From contig SOJW01000035.1 in assembly GCA_004375895.1 (NCBI GenBank), positions 42,264 to 106,263 of the forward strand: a stretch of DNA of 64,000 nucleotides, written 5' to 3'. The notes beneath the pieces were generated by a model. It did not search any database. It saw nothing but the letters and a program-made list of their open reading frames with translations, and was not told where the DNA came from. This stretch comes from Candidatus Stahliibacteriota bacterium (GTDB taxonomy: Bacteria > Hydrothermota > Tepidihabitantia > B3-TA06). A program made the translations under genes and the position numbers. Positions 63,259 to 64,000 of the stretch are shown piece after piece. How positions within the stretch are numbered: position 1 is the stretch's first letter; the number at the start of each line of letters is the position of its first letter.

Positions 63259-64000
63259 CCACCAACCTATCGATGATCCCGGCAAGCTGACCGGTCTCGT
63301 GACGTCGCCCGAACCGGGCTATGACCCTAGGTTTGGGTTTGTAAGGGAAACGTCCCTCAAGAAGCATACGCAGGGCGTCTGTAACCCCATCAATATCTCC
63401 CTCGGGCACTACAACGCCGGTGCCAGTCTCCCGGATAAGCTCCGCGGTCTCGTGAGAAGGATTGACCACGGCCAGCACAGGCGTGCCCGAACCTATATAC
63501 TCATAGATCTTTGCAGGGACAATAAGGTGCGAATACTCCGCATGATATGGCAGCCAGGCTAGATCGGCACGTTCTAACCGCCGCATCACCTTGCGGTGGG
63601 ACAGATGCCCCAGTCTTTCAATGAAGGTAGAGACCCCGCTACGACGGATTCGCTCCTCTTCAACCGCGCTTAGCTCCCCCATTATCTCAACGCGCAACCG
63701 AGCAGGTGTAACCCCGTCCTCATCCCTCAACCGCCTGATCGCCGCGTACAGCGTCGTCCCGCGATTGATATGATCCAGTCCGAGTATACCGGTATAGCAA
63801 ATAGTTAAGGGCCTTCGTTCACGGGTGCTAGGAGTCTTACGGGCAGGTGTGCTAAGTGTGTTATGTCCTTGTGAACGGAGCGTAAGCTCCGAATAATTAT
63901 GAGAATGCCCCAAAGGGGTACGGGTACGGGTGTTACGGGTGAAATCCGCGGCGTCGAACCCGTTGGGGATGTAGTGGATACGTGTGGCAAGCCAGGGATA
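63251..64000 (-). CDS. 5'-partial GT4 glycosyltransferase with in-frame repeat insertion
   Basis: Frame open to the window end: IHYIPNGFD..insert..ICYTG; PAKIYEYIGSG.PVL. Confidence 0.88.
   Translation of the reverse strand, partial: YPWLATRIHYIPNGFDAADFTRNTRTRTPLGHSHNYSELTLRSQGHNTLSTPARKTPSTRERRPLTICYTGILGLDHINRGTTLYAAIRRLRDEDGVTPARLRVEIMGELSAVEEERIRRSGVSTFIERLGHLSHRKVMRRLERADLAWLPYHAEYSHLIVPAKIYEYIGSGTPVLAVVNPSHETAELIRETGTGVVVPEGDIDGVTDALRMLLEGRFPYKPKPRVIARFGRRHETGQLAGIIDRLVDG
63862..63918 (-). mobile_element. 57-bp in-frame miniature element, twin of the tatD copy
   Basis: Three differences from 15184..15240; encodes GHSHNYSELTLRSQG in both genes. Confidence 0.85.

Overview
Chromosomal window from a diderm, probably anaerobic bacterium. 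T9SS/FlgD-like C-terminal domains, lipoproteins and outer-membrane barrels fit an FCB-group candidate lineage such as WOR-3/TA06 (inference only). Housekeeping genes include ppdK, polA, tatD, rsmA, metK, ahcY, nfnAB, asd, lspA, phoH and ybeY, plus tRNA-Cys and tRNA-Gln. Three things stand out. (1) A hierarchy of tiny repeats with no transposase in the window: an irregular GT-rich motif (GTGTTACGGG) expands in tandem inside and between genes, a 57/45-bp element inserts in frame into that motif in two unrelated proteins, and related hairpin elements nest inside REP-like repeats. (2) A compact operon, flxA/asrB-like, hdrC, hdrB, orf, CMD, tusA, dsrE/F/H-like, gcvH-like, in which a lipoyl carrier sits where DsrC/TusE would be expected. 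(3) A recombining cassette array of HExxE proteins and LRR lipoproteins upstream of tRNA-Cys, with a similar gene pair at 43.9-46.3 kb. Many genes look leaderless, and several unannotated small ORFs have good expression signals. All calls come from motif recognition by eye; no database searches were run.
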